Source of the DNA: Candidatus Zambryskiibacteriota bacterium
Lineage (GTDB): Bacteria > Patescibacteriota > Minisyncoccia > Phycocordibacterales > DATGWK01
DNA: 37,717 nt
Direction: 5' to 3'
Assembly (NCBI GenBank): GCA_023264565.1
Contig: JAHFLV010000006.1
Location: 1-37,717 of the forward strand
The notes under the pieces are model-generated. The model saw only the letters and a list, made by a program, of their open reading frames with translations, was not told the origin of the DNA and did no database searches. Positions within the stretch are counted from its first letter, which is position 1; each line of letters starts with the position of its first letter. Position numbers and translations under genes: made by a program. Below are positions 26,484 through 35,738 of this stretch, one piece after another.

Positions 26484-27263
26484 TTATTTAGCAGCTTTCA
26501 CCTGCGCATCAGCAATAGTCAAAATATCTTTGAATTGGATTGGGTCAAGAGACTGACGACCGACCAACAAACCGTTCACATGGCCATTATTTAAAATATC
26601 TTCGGCATTGAGTGCGCTCACTGAGCCACCGTACAACACAGGAATAGTTTCAGCGTATTCCCGACCAAGCATTTCGGTCAAAACCTTCTTTATATAGATA
26701 TACATTTCGTACATGTCAGAGCCCTTCATGGCTTCGCGATCACTTTTGCCGATAGCCCAGACTGGTTCATAGGCAATAATGAAGTTTTCTACAAATTTTT
26801 TCTGAATACCAGAAAGGGCAGAACCAAGCTGCTGTTTTACAAAAGAAAGATATTCACCATGGGCATCACGTTCTTTTTCTCCGATACACAAAATAACAGT
26901 GAGCTCTTGTTTGAGAGCCGCCAAGACTTTTTTGTTGATCATTTCGTTGGTCTCACCGAGTTCGCGGCGTTCCGAGTGGCCGACAATGACGTGGGATCCA
27001 CCTGAAGACTTAACCATGGTGGAACTAATTTCACCGGTATATGAGCCGCTATTTTCCCAGAAAAGATTTTGGGCACCGATGTGTACTTTTTTAGAAGCGA
27101 GTTTTGCCAAGCCTGCAAAATAAATTGCGGGCGGACACATAATCGTTTCGGTTCTTTTGAGCTTGTCCCCTACGCGACGAGTAGCGAGAAAAATTTCTCG
27201 AGCGGCTTCGGGGGTTTCAGGATTCATCTTCCAGTTTGCAACAATCAGACGCTGAGATTTCAT
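26484..27263 (-). CDS. tpiA: Triosephosphate isomerase
   Basis: ANWKMN, GHSERR, AYEPVWAIG, LYGGSV, GLLVG; start probably ATG 27263. Confidence 0.97.
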   Translation of the reverse strand: MKSQRLIVANWKMNPETPEAAREIFLATRRVGDKLKRTETIMCPPAIYFAGLAKLASKKVHIGAQNLFWENSGSYTGEISSTMVKSSGGSHVIVGHSERRELGETNEMINKKVLAALKQELTVILCIGEKERDAHGEYLSFVKQQLGSALSGIQKKFVENFIIAYEPVWAIGKSDREAMKGSDMYEMYIYIKKVLTEMLGREYAETIPVLYGGSVSALNAEDILNNGHVNGLLVGRQSLDPIQFKDILTIADAQVKAAK

Positions 27264-27312
27264 AAGGCCTATTTTAACATACAAATTTTGAGCGGTTTTA
27301 TTACACCATTTC

Positions 27313-28863
27313 TTATTGCACCTCTTCCCAAGAAATAGTCGAGTACTGGTCCGATGTCAGCGGAAAGCTTGGCGGTGGGCCATAGAGCAGATTGGCATCA
27401 TACGTGATGTTTCGAGTACAGTAACCGCTACCGATGTTGCCTATAGAGCCACCACAGTCATAATCATTTCCAGTCCACGAGAAGCCATATCGCTGATTTG
27501 TGGCGATCATTCCATACAGCGTGATCTGAGACTTGTGAAAATCGGCGCCGCAGCTTGTATTGTAGTAATACCTTCCGACTCGGCCGTTTTGGGCCATAAG
27601 CGCAGCCTCGATATCAAGAGCATCAGCGCTATATAGCCCCACATTGATGTTATTTTGAGCGATCAGCGAAATAACGTCATGACCATCATGAGTCGAGTAC
27701 ATTAAATCGTTATTTACTGTGATGTTTGTGCGAGTCGATGCATTGTCTGGGAATTTTCCTGAAGCCACCGTAACACGGGTGTTGCTGATTGACCCCTCAA
27801 CCCACACGTTGTCTTCGAAGAAAATGAGACCATTGGCTGGAATGGTAAAAGGAGAGCCTGTAACTGCGGTTAATGCCCCGCCACCGGTACCAATGCTCCA
27901 TGTCGCCCATCCTGGCTGCGCTGGGGTTGGATTCACACAACCACTTGGTGCTGCACGAAGGGTGTTTACTTTATATACAGAATAGGTGTCGGTTGCGCTT
28001 TGGGCATTGAAAACAACCTTGTAGCCAAGGGCACCAGAAGCAGCGAAATATTTGCCTGATGACGTTTGCGCGGCGGCTTTAATCTGAGCCAGATCATTAG
28101 TGAGACCCACAAAATCGACACTTGGCACCGAAACCTGTCTGCCTGATTCAAAAACATCTGTGCGAACCTGCATGGCTGCTGGAGGCACCTCGAGTGGACG
28201 ATAGGTGTCAGTTGTTCCACTACCTGGCGGTGCATTAACGTGCGTATGGACACCAAATTCGAGCTTCTCACTACCAGAATCGTCATGATCGGGATCGTCA
28301 TAGCTTGCGCGCGCACTGCTCACAATATTATGGGCCAAGCCATCGAAACGAATACCGCCATTTGAATGAATCGGGCCGAAGACTTCGGTACCAACACCAA
28401 AACGCATATCGTTATTTGAAACAAAAGCAAATTTTGCCATCGAAGGAATCGCTAGCGTGGTCTTTATTGATCTTTTTATGGTGGTACTTTCAGCAACTCT
28501 TCCTGTTGATTTAATAGTCACAAGCGTTGAGCCGGGTATTGGTGGTGTAATTTCTAGCGTATATGTGCCAATTTTCGCGCCGTCTTTGTCAAAAAAATCA
28601 TGGGAATATGGACCAGCAGTACCCGTACCGTCCGTGAAATCCGTTGAAGCATGCGCCAAATGCCAACGGTAATAATCAATACCGGCTTCTGCAATCTCAA
28701 TAGCCTTCTCTTTCAAAACTGACGAACGAGAAGCTTTTATGTTTGTCCCCGCCCAAAGCACCAACGCACTGACAATAACTGCCGCAATACCCGCAAACAC
28801 CAAGGCATGCACAACCATGAATCCTTTTTTCGAAAACCGAGAATGTAGCTGTGTGAAATTCAT
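27313..28863 (-). CDS. PilX-like minor pilin with large C-terminal domain
   Basis: KKG-FMVV hydrophobic leader without Glu5; IAEAGI motif; GPIHSNGGI; pilus cluster. Confidence 0.75.
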   Translation of the reverse strand: MNFTQLHSRFSKKGFMVVHALVFAGIAAVIVSALVLWAGTNIKASRSSVLKEKAIEIAEAGIDYYRWHLAHASTDFTDGTGTAGPYSHDFFDKDGAKIGTYTLEITPPIPGSTLVTIKSTGRVAESTTIKRSIKTTLAIPSMAKFAFVSNNDMRFGVGTEVFGPIHSNGGIRFDGLAHNIVSSARASYDDPDHDDSGSEKLEFGVHTHVNAPPGSGTTDTYRPLEVPPAAMQVRTDVFESGRQVSVPSVDFVGLTNDLAQIKAAAQTSSGKYFAASGALGYKVVFNAQSATDTYSVYKVNTLRAAPSGCVNPTPAQPGWATWSIGTGGGALTAVTGSPFTIPANGLIFFEDNVWVEGSISNTRVTVASGKFPDNASTRTNITVNNDLMYSTHDGHDVISLIAQNNINVGLYSADALDIEAALMAQNGRVGRYYYNTSCGADFHKSQITLYGMIATNQRYGFSWTGNDYDCGGSIGNIGSGYCTRNITYDANLLYGPPPSFPLTSDQYSTISWEEVQ

Positions 28864-29514
28864 TTAAAGATTATCTTTTAGATTTCGAATCGTAACCTGC
28901 GAAGTGAACGTAAGCGGCTGCGTCGATTTTGAAGACTTACGTTCAAGGATCATATTAATCTTAACAAGTTTTATAGCCGAAACATCTACAGGAATTGTGA
29001 GTGGTGATGTTGTACCTGTGTATGTTCCATCGTAATACTGAAATAGTGGTGTACTTGTGCTATTCAAAACCCCAGTTGAAACCGTAGTAACAACCGCAGA
29101 ACCAGAATTATATACGAGCGGATTACCAGTTGGATTGATGACGCTTTTAAAAAGTTTATTGCTTTGAATGTAATATCGAATTTGCTCTTTCACAGAATCA
29201 GCATCAATATCGGAATAAAAAGTAATCGTAGATGTTGCTGCGGCTGCGATCGGATATGCACCGAGGCTCGATGGCGACATTTCACGCATTTCCCCCACCA
29301 TACTTGTCACAGCTCTCCTTCCTTCAATCTGCGCATCGAGATCTTCCTGGATATATTGGTTGAGTGAAAAGACGTCTCGTTCAAAGAAAGTCGTCAAAAG
29401 CACGATGGCGGAAAAGATACCGAGTGCCACCAAAATTTCAGCAAGAGTCATACCGCGCGAAGTGCGTGATTTACCTGGAGTGTGTCGTTTTTTTATGCGT
29501 GTGAAAAAATTCAT
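28864..29514 (-). CDS. Prepilin-type (PilW-like) minor pilin
   Basis: RG-MTLAEILVALGIF class III signal. Confidence 0.85.
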   Translation of the reverse strand: MNFFTRIKKRHTPGKSRTSRGMTLAEILVALGIFSAIVLLTTFFERDVFSLNQYIQEDLDAQIEGRRAVTSMVGEMREMSPSSLGAYPIAAAATSTITFYSDIDADSVKEQIRYYIQSNKLFKSVINPTGNPLVYNSGSAVVTTVSTGVLNSTSTPLFQYYDGTYTGTTSPLTIPVDVSAIKLVKINMILERKSSKSTQPLTFTSQVTIRNLKDNL

Positions 29515-29530
29515 ACAGATTTTATTCTTT

Positions 29531-31333
29531 TTAACTCGGCAAAAGCGACACTTCTTGTTGCTTCCAAGAACTATTTATAGTGATCGGAATAATCTGAGTA
29601 TCATAATTTGTATGAGAAATTGTTAGTGTGTATGAACCGTTTGGGACACCGGTGAAAGCAGTTTGACCAGGCGGTACACACTGGGAAGCAAAAGTGAAAG
29701 AAACATCGGAAACGTTTGGTGTATATGTCGTGCTCGCTGTATTCAAAAAGAGTTTATATCTTAAATACTGATCATTATTATGAACGGCATTTATTGTCGA
29801 AACACCCGAGGTGTAATAGGTAGTGTCAGTACCGTCTGGACCCTTAAAATTCCAAGTAGTCGTATCATTGTTTGTGGCAATCTGCATTTTTACACTATTT
29901 GCTCCAGTTGCAGCAGGCTGACTCGCCGGCAGCCATGACAATTGATAGAAGTTACTTGCGGAACCCGTATTGAATGTTGAAGAGGTTAATACACCGCTTG
30001 AATCATACACCCCAAAGGAACCAGTGAGTTTCGCTTCACCCGCTGGACTCGTGACATTTACGTTGCTCGATGAAAAATATTGAGCCAGGTCACTTGAAGT
30101 CGCCTGCCCAGCACCATGTGACCAATCTGTTTGAGTAATAAATCCACGCTCCGTAAGCAAGGTTTGGTCGTAACTTCCACCCTGGAGCCGCACCGTGGTG
30201 TTTGAAAGCGGCAAACCAGTCGACGTGTCTTTTACGATCACGAGTAATGTCGAAGGATTTTTTGGCGCAATGATAAGTTTCACGTTCGCAACGCTATCTT
30301 GAGCCAAAGAGACTGGGAAAAGTGGATTTGTTCCAATGAGATCGTACACGGCGTCAGTTGCAGTAATCGGATATGTGTCCCATTCCATATTAGTAAGATT
30401 CCTAGCACCAGAACTGTCAGTCACAAGACTCTGGCTGTATTTCAAAACGTTTGGACTCGTACCAATGAGCTTTGTGCCCATAAGATCAAAATGAAAAGAA
30501 GGAACAGGGGCACAGGCCAATGTTGAGCTTTGAATATTCATCGTACTCACTTCATCGATCACAAAACTAATCTGCGTAACATGCTGTGCTGTCACTGTTG
30601 CGTGGGGTTTAGTTGGGTTTGGATTTCCTACAGCACCAGGCGTGTAGGTTCGGTCAGTGGTGTATCCTCCCTTTGTTACCGTAATTTGATAGGCATTTAC
30701 ACCCGGTGGCGCATCAACAACCTGCAACATACCACTATTGTTCGTCACATCGTCAATTACAATCGGCGTCGCAGGTTGGCTATTTACAATATGCACGCTC
30801 GCATCTGGCACTGGTTGGCCGTTTGCATCAAAGACTCTCACGAAAAGCGCACCGTTTGTTGAGGTTGTTTCAAGTGCTTTTGGAGCCACGTGAGTATTCA
30901 CAAAAATCGGTGGGAAATTTTTGCATGTCGCACAACCAATCTCAATTTCAACGAGCCTATAGTCCGCAGGAGAAAGATCATTCGGGCTGCCGCCAATGGT
31001 GCCGTCAAACGGATCGTCGACGTTTCGAATGGTGGTGGTTGCCTGAAACGTGTACCCACTACGGACAAATGTTTCCGCGTGTAAAAGCACACCGTCTGGA
31101 ATACTGCCACTGATACCAACATCTTCAAAAGCCAGATTTCTAATGAGCTCAAAGCGCTCATTCGCCAAATCCATAGCAACGATTTTTGTTCGAGAAACCG
31201 CAATCACTTTCAAAACTGAAGTGAACGCATTATAAATGCCCACCGAAATCACGAGAAAAATCGCGGCGCCAATAAGCATCTCGACCAAACTGAAACCGCC
31301 AGTGCGATTTTTTTGTGTTTTTTTATATAACAT
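29531..31333 (-). CDS. Large prepilin-type protein with Ig/carboxypeptidase-regulatory-like domains
   Basis: GG-FSLVEMLIGAAIF; VRVFDANGQPVPDASV and VKDTSTGLPLSNTTV domains; start probably ATG 31333. Confidence 0.85.
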   Translation of the reverse strand: MLYKKTQKNRTGGFSLVEMLIGAAIFLVISVGIYNAFTSVLKVIAVSRTKIVAMDLANERFELIRNLAFEDVGISGSIPDGVLLHAETFVRSGYTFQATTTIRNVDDPFDGTIGGSPNDLSPADYRLVEIEIGCATCKNFPPIFVNTHVAPKALETTSTNGALFVRVFDANGQPVPDASVHIVNSQPATPIVIDDVTNNSGMLQVVDAPPGVNAYQITVTKGGYTTDRTYTPGAVGNPNPTKPHATVTAQHVTQISFVIDEVSTMNIQSSTLACAPVPSFHFDLMGTKLIGTSPNVLKYSQSLVTDSSGARNLTNMEWDTYPITATDAVYDLIGTNPLFPVSLAQDSVANVKLIIAPKNPSTLLVIVKDTSTGLPLSNTTVRLQGGSYDQTLLTERGFITQTDWSHGAGQATSSDLAQYFSSSNVNVTSPAGEAKLTGSFGVYDSSGVLTSSTFNTGSASNFYQLSWLPASQPAATGANSVKMQIATNNDTTTWNFKGPDGTDTTYYTSGVSTINAVHNNDQYLRYKLFLNTASTTYTPNVSDVSFTFASQCVPPGQTAFTGVPNGSYTLTISHTNYDTQIIPITINSSWKQQEVSLLPS

Positions 31334-32549
31334 CGACAAGCGCATACATTGGAGAAAGCATTGCGAGCGCAAAGAAACCGACCGCGATACCGATGAAGAC
31401 CATCAAAAACGGTTCGATGATCGTCGAAAGATCTTTGGTTTTCTGGTCAACTTCATTTTCATAATAAATAGCCACGTTTTCAAACATTTCGGAAAGACGA
31501 CCGGTTTCTTCACCGATACTTGCCATTTCGCCGACAAACGCCGGATACAGTTTTTCCTCTTCTTCAAAAACCGTTGAAACAGGCTTTCCCTTCTCTACCG
31601 CAATCTCTGCACGTTTGAGAACTTCTTTATAGTACGAATTTTGCACGACATCACCGGCGATCTTCATGGCAACCAAAATATCGACGCCGGCTTTGAGAAG
31701 CGACGTAAGAGTTCGAGCCGTACGGGCAGAATTGGTTTCTTTAACGATCGTACTAATAATCGGGATACGCAAAATAATCGTGTCGATGGTGCGTCCGCCA
31801 GATTTGGTTTTTTTCCAATACATGAACCCAGCAACAATCGCGATCACCGCACCGAGCGTGATCAAGATATTATTTTTAAGAAAATCAGAAAAACCAATGA
31901 TAATTCGGGTCATAAGTGGTAACTGTACGTTGAGTTCTTTAAACACACCAGAAAGAGTCGGCACCACAAAAATAAGCATCAAAAAAGTAATAGCAATCAT
32001 GATACAGATAATGATTGCCGGATAAATCATAGCGCCGCGAACCTTTTTAGAAAGTTGCTGAGCTTTTTCGAGCTGATTTCCAACGGCCTTGAGCGCACCA
32101 GTGAGACTTCCAGATTCTTCACCGGCTTTTGCCATAGAAATGAATAGTTTTGAAAAAACCTTTGGATGGTTTTCCATGGCGGTGGAAAGAGTTTCACCGC
32201 GAGCCACCCGGGCATTGAGGTCACCCAGAACTTTTTTAAATGGAGCGCTTCGAGTTTGCTTTTCCATAACCGCAATCGCTCGAGTCATTGGCAAACCAGC
32301 GTCGATCATCACTCCAAGATTTTTGGCAAACTGAACCTTGTCAGACATTTTCACACCAGAAAACGCCGACATGTTTTTCATGGAATCAAGAAAGGATTTC
32401 TTATCACTTCCCCTAACCATCTCAACATGAACTACAGTTCCACCCTCTTTTCGGATAGCTTCGTAGAGAGCAAATTTATCTGCCGCTTCTAATTCCCCAT
32501 CATATTTCTCGCCGCCAGTGCGGATTGCTTTGAATTTAAATTTCGACAT
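31323..32549 (-). CDS. pilC: Type IV pilus/T2SS platform protein (PilC/GspF)
   Basis: AGEESGSL, AMIYP, GEETGRL, IIEP. Confidence 0.93.
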   Translation of the reverse strand: MSKFKFKAIRTGGEKYDGELEAADKFALYEAIRKEGGTVVHVEMVRGSDKKSFLDSMKNMSAFSGVKMSDKVQFAKNLGVMIDAGLPMTRAIAVMEKQTRSAPFKKVLGDLNARVARGETLSTAMENHPKVFSKLFISMAKAGEESGSLTGALKAVGNQLEKAQQLSKKVRGAMIYPAIIICIMIAITFLMLIFVVPTLSGVFKELNVQLPLMTRIIIGFSDFLKNNILITLGAVIAIVAGFMYWKKTKSGGRTIDTIILRIPIISTIVKETNSARTARTLTSLLKAGVDILVAMKIAGDVVQNSYYKEVLKRAEIAVEKGKPVSTVFEEEEKLYPAFVGEMASIGEETGRLSEMFENVAIYYENEVDQKTKDLSTIIEPFLMVFIGIAVGFFALAMLSPMYALVDVI

Positions 32550-32563
32550 TGTATATCTTTTTA

Positions 32564-34315
32564 TTATTCCGACACAACTCGCAAAATTTCTTCGATTGTC
32601 GTCAAACCTTGAGCGGCCTTAAAGACTCCGTCTTCGATCATCGTAAGCATGCCTTCTTTTTTGGCCTGAGCTTCGAGTTCTTTGTCAGTTTTACCCTGCA
32701 TCACAAGTTCCTTGATAGCTGCAGACATTTTCAAAACCTCATATATACCAACTCGACCAGCAAAGGCTTCACTAACATTCACACCAGTCTTTGGTCGATA
32801 CATTGGGATTTTTTCCCAGGTTGCTTTTGCGTCGACAATCTTTTCGTCTTTCAGAGCCTTCAAAACTCGTTCCAAATCTACAGACTCAGAAAGAGTTTTG
32901 ATTTCCGCGGCAGTCATAAAATATTTCTCTTTTTTCTCAGTGAGTTTTCGAACCAAACGCTGACCGATCACCACGTTCACAGTCGACACAATCAAAAATG
33001 CCTCTGCATGCATATCAATGAGTCGTGGAATGGCACCAGCCGCAGAGTTGGTGTGAAGTGTTGAAAGCACCAAATGGCCCGTCAAAGACGCGTTAATCGC
33101 CAGCGACGCGGTTTCTGTGTCTCGAATTTCTCCAACCATGATGATGTCTGGGTCTTGTCGAACGAGCGTTCGCAAACCAGTACCGAAAGTTAAACCAATT
33201 TCAGACTTCACCTGAGTCTGATTTATACGATTCATTTGGTATTCGATCGGATCTTCAATCGTAGAAATGTTTACGTCGGCAGTATTCAAAATATCGAGCA
33301 TTGTGTAGAGCGTTGTTGTTTTTCCGGAGCCTGTCGGACCAGTAGTAAGAATCATACCGGTCGTGAGGTTCATGGCTTTATGAATTCGCTCGAGTGCTTC
33401 TCCATGAAAACCAGAGGCTTCCAAAGTGAAGCCGGCAGCGCTCGCTCGGAGTACGCGCATAACAGTTTTTTCACCAAAATACGTTGGCAATGTTGAAACT
33501 CGGAAAGAAATTTTCTCGCCGTTCAAGTCGATCTTGAATCGACCGTCTTGTGGCAAACGTTTTTCGTCAAGCTTTAAATTTGAAAGGACTTTGATACGCG
33601 CCACGATACTCGAAGCGGAATTTTTTGGAAGTACCATGGCATCACGGAGCAAACCGTCGATTCGGTAGCGTACGAGCAACTGTTCTTCGAGCGGCTCGAT
33701 GTGAATGTCAGATGCACCCTGAATAATCGCATGCTTTAAAAGCGTTTCGACGATTCGCACCACGGGCAAATCTTCAGCCAACTTTTTCAAATCTCCCTCT
33801 GAAGCTTCATCCTGATCTTCACCAGCAATAGTTTTGATCGTGCCAATATCTTTTTGAATCAAATCACCGAATTCGGCTTTCAAACTTTTTTGATACTGAA
33901 GCAAACCGCTTTTAATAGAATCGGTATCGGTCAAACGCGGCATGATTTTCAAGCCAACTTTTTTCTTTATGAAATCAATCGCCGAAAGGTCGTCGGTGTT
34001 GAGCATGGCAACTTCGAGAGAATCCTTTCCCTTTCTGAACGCAATGATGTTGTGGTTGCGAGCGATTGGTTCTGGAATGAGTGAGAGCACATCAAAATCC
34101 ATATGTTCGCCCTTGAGATCGACGAACGGGATACCGAGAATACTTGCCTGGATACGGCGCAAATCATTTTCGTTGATCGCGCCATCGGAAACGAGCACGT
34201 CACCAATATTCTGTTCGGTTTCTTTGGCCTTTTTTTCTGCAGCAGAGATAGCGCTCTTTGCAACAAGACCTGAGTCGACGATAAAATCTTTTAATTGCTT
34301 TTCTTCAATGTGCAT
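32564..34315 (-). CDS. pilB: Type IV pilus assembly ATPase (PilB/GspE)
   Basis: ASDIHIEP, RLPQDGR, GPTGSGKTTT, EDPIE, RQDPDIIMVGEIRD, TGHLVLSTLHTN. Confidence 0.95.
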   Translation of the reverse strand: MHIEEKQLKDFIVDSGLVAKSAISAAEKKAKETEQNIGDVLVSDGAINENDLRRIQASILGIPFVDLKGEHMDFDVLSLIPEPIARNHNIIAFRKGKDSLEVAMLNTDDLSAIDFIKKKVGLKIMPRLTDTDSIKSGLLQYQKSLKAEFGDLIQKDIGTIKTIAGEDQDEASEGDLKKLAEDLPVVRIVETLLKHAIIQGASDIHIEPLEEQLLVRYRIDGLLRDAMVLPKNSASSIVARIKVLSNLKLDEKRLPQDGRFKIDLNGEKISFRVSTLPTYFGEKTVMRVLRASAAGFTLEASGFHGEALERIHKAMNLTTGMILTTGPTGSGKTTTLYTMLDILNTADVNISTIEDPIEYQMNRINQTQVKSEIGLTFGTGLRTLVRQDPDIIMVGEIRDTETASLAINASLTGHLVLSTLHTNSAAGAIPRLIDMHAEAFLIVSTVNVVIGQRLVRKLTEKKEKYFMTAAEIKTLSESVDLERVLKALKDEKIVDAKATWEKIPMYRPKTGVNVSEAFAGRVGIYEVLKMSAAIKELVMQGKTDKELEAQAKKEGMLTMIEDGVFKAAQGLTTIEEILRVVSE

Positions 34316-34337
34316 ATTTGATTAAAGTATACCAAAC

Positions 34338-34378
34338 AAAAAACTCATCCGAGCTAGAGAGCGTGGATGAGTTTTTTG
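34338..34378. terminator. Bidirectional terminator upstream of pilB
   Basis: CAAAAAACTCATCC ... GGATGAGTTTTTTG. Confidence 0.75.
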
Positions 34379-34420
34379 AAAAATACTGTTGAGGAGATTT
34401 TCGACGAAACGAGCTGAAAA

Positions 34421-35410
34421 TTATGCGCCGTATGGATCGCCAGAATCAGCAGTGATTGAACATCGATTAGAACCACCGATCATAGGACATGCGATCGCAG
34501 GATTTGAGAAAGTAGGATCGACTCGAGCACATCGGATCTTATTGTTTGTCGCGCTAGCGGCATTAACACCAACCTGAATCCATCCTGATTCACAATACAT
34601 CATGCCACTGTACACGTTGATGTTGTAAGTCGCCTCAACCCATTTGTCGAAACGAATCTTTTGTGGAGCTTGCCATGTACCAAAACCTGCAGCGTCAGAA
34701 GTAAAGACCTTACCAGCACCAGGAGCCTGGCCTGAACCATTGATCTTTATAGTACCCGCAACATGCAATTTTGCACCCGCGTCTGGACTTGCTGTACCAA
34801 CACCAACGCTTGTGCCGTTATCGACGATCATACTATTACCAAGAGTCGTAGAATTGGTCCATTTTGGAATGTAGTTTGCGGTTCCAGAACCAGCAACACC
34901 ACCGGTGCCTCCACCTGTTGTAAGACAAACACCGTTGATCTTATAACAGCTTCCGGTAGGAAGGTTTACGTTTCCATAGACATCGAGAGCGTTACCGGTT
35001 GAAGCACCGATACCAATTTTCGCAGTCGAACTATTGTTGCTGTATGGACCGATGTACAAAGGAGCCCAACTACCCGCAGTTCGTGCCGCACCACTCTGGA
35101 TGTAGTTCGCATCACTCGCACCGCCTGTGCCGGTTCGAGTAAGGCGCAAATTTCCAAAAATTGCAGTACCGTTCTGAACAATAAGACCTGTATTACCATC
35201 AGAAAGAGTGTAGCCAAGGGTCAAACCACCGTCTTTAACCTGACCAGAAGAAGAAACGTTCAACGGAGCGTATGTGTTTCCCGCTGGTGGTGAACTTACC
35301 GGAGCCTGCCATGATGGCGCTGTTTGCGCAGATACATACTGCATTCCAGCAGCCAAGACGACCGCAAGAAGGACTATTTTTACTGTATTCAAAATTTGAT
35401 TGTTCTTCAT
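34421..35410 (-). CDS. Secreted fibre/adhesin-like protein
   Basis: Signal peptide; WQAP..PP.GN..APLN...Q.K.G.L N-terminal motif; GSGTANYIPKW..TLGNS..DNG.VGVGT.SP fibre motif; Cys-containing tip. Confidence 0.8.
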   Translation of the reverse strand: MKNNQILNTVKIVLLAVVLAAGMQYVSAQTAPSWQAPVSSPPAGNTYAPLNVSSSGQVKDGGLTLGYTLSDGNTGLIVQNGTAIFGNLRLTRTGTGGASDANYIQSGAARTAGSWAPLYIGPYSNNSSTAKIGIGASTGNALDVYGNVNLPTGSCYKINGVCLTTGGGTGGVAGSGTANYIPKWTNSTTLGNSMIVDNGTSVGVGTASPDAGAKLHVAGTIKINGSGQAPGAGKVFTSDAAGFGTWQAPQKIRFDKWVEATYNINVYSGMMYCESGWIQVGVNAASATNNKIRCARVDPTFSNPAIACPMIGGSNRCSITADSGDPYGA

Positions 35411-35440
35411 AATTTTCTTTTATAATGCTTTTAAATATTT

Positions 35441-35737
35441 TTAACTTCCTGTTGTCATCCTGATATATTCGTCGCGATTGCCATTTCCCCTACTCGTATC
35501 TGACGCTGTCGTCATTTGATTGAGTTCGACAACTCCCGGATCATTAATCGACGAACTTCTTGGGGCTGTAGTGTCCCGCACCATATCTGCACGAGTCACA
35601 GCTGGAGTATTTTGCGGCGGAGAGTCCGGCGCTTTTGATCGATGTCCTCTAATCGCAACGAGTCCGAGAATAACTATGATGACGCCCACCAAAATGGCGA
35701 CGACAATCATTATTCGGTGATGATGTTGTTCATTCAT
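35441..35737 (-). CDS. Small membrane-anchored hypothetical protein
   Basis: 98 aa; N-terminal TM helix; operonic position. Confidence 0.7.
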   Translation of the reverse strand: MNEQHHHRIMIVVAILVGVIIVILGLVAIRGHRSKAPDSPPQNTPAVTRADMVRDTTAPRSSSINDPGVVELNQMTTASDTSRGNGNRDEYIRMTTGS

Positions 35738-35738
35738 A

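Noticed and set aside
34421..34700. DGR variable region in the fibre tip
   Set aside because: No template repeat or reverse transcriptase visible in the window.
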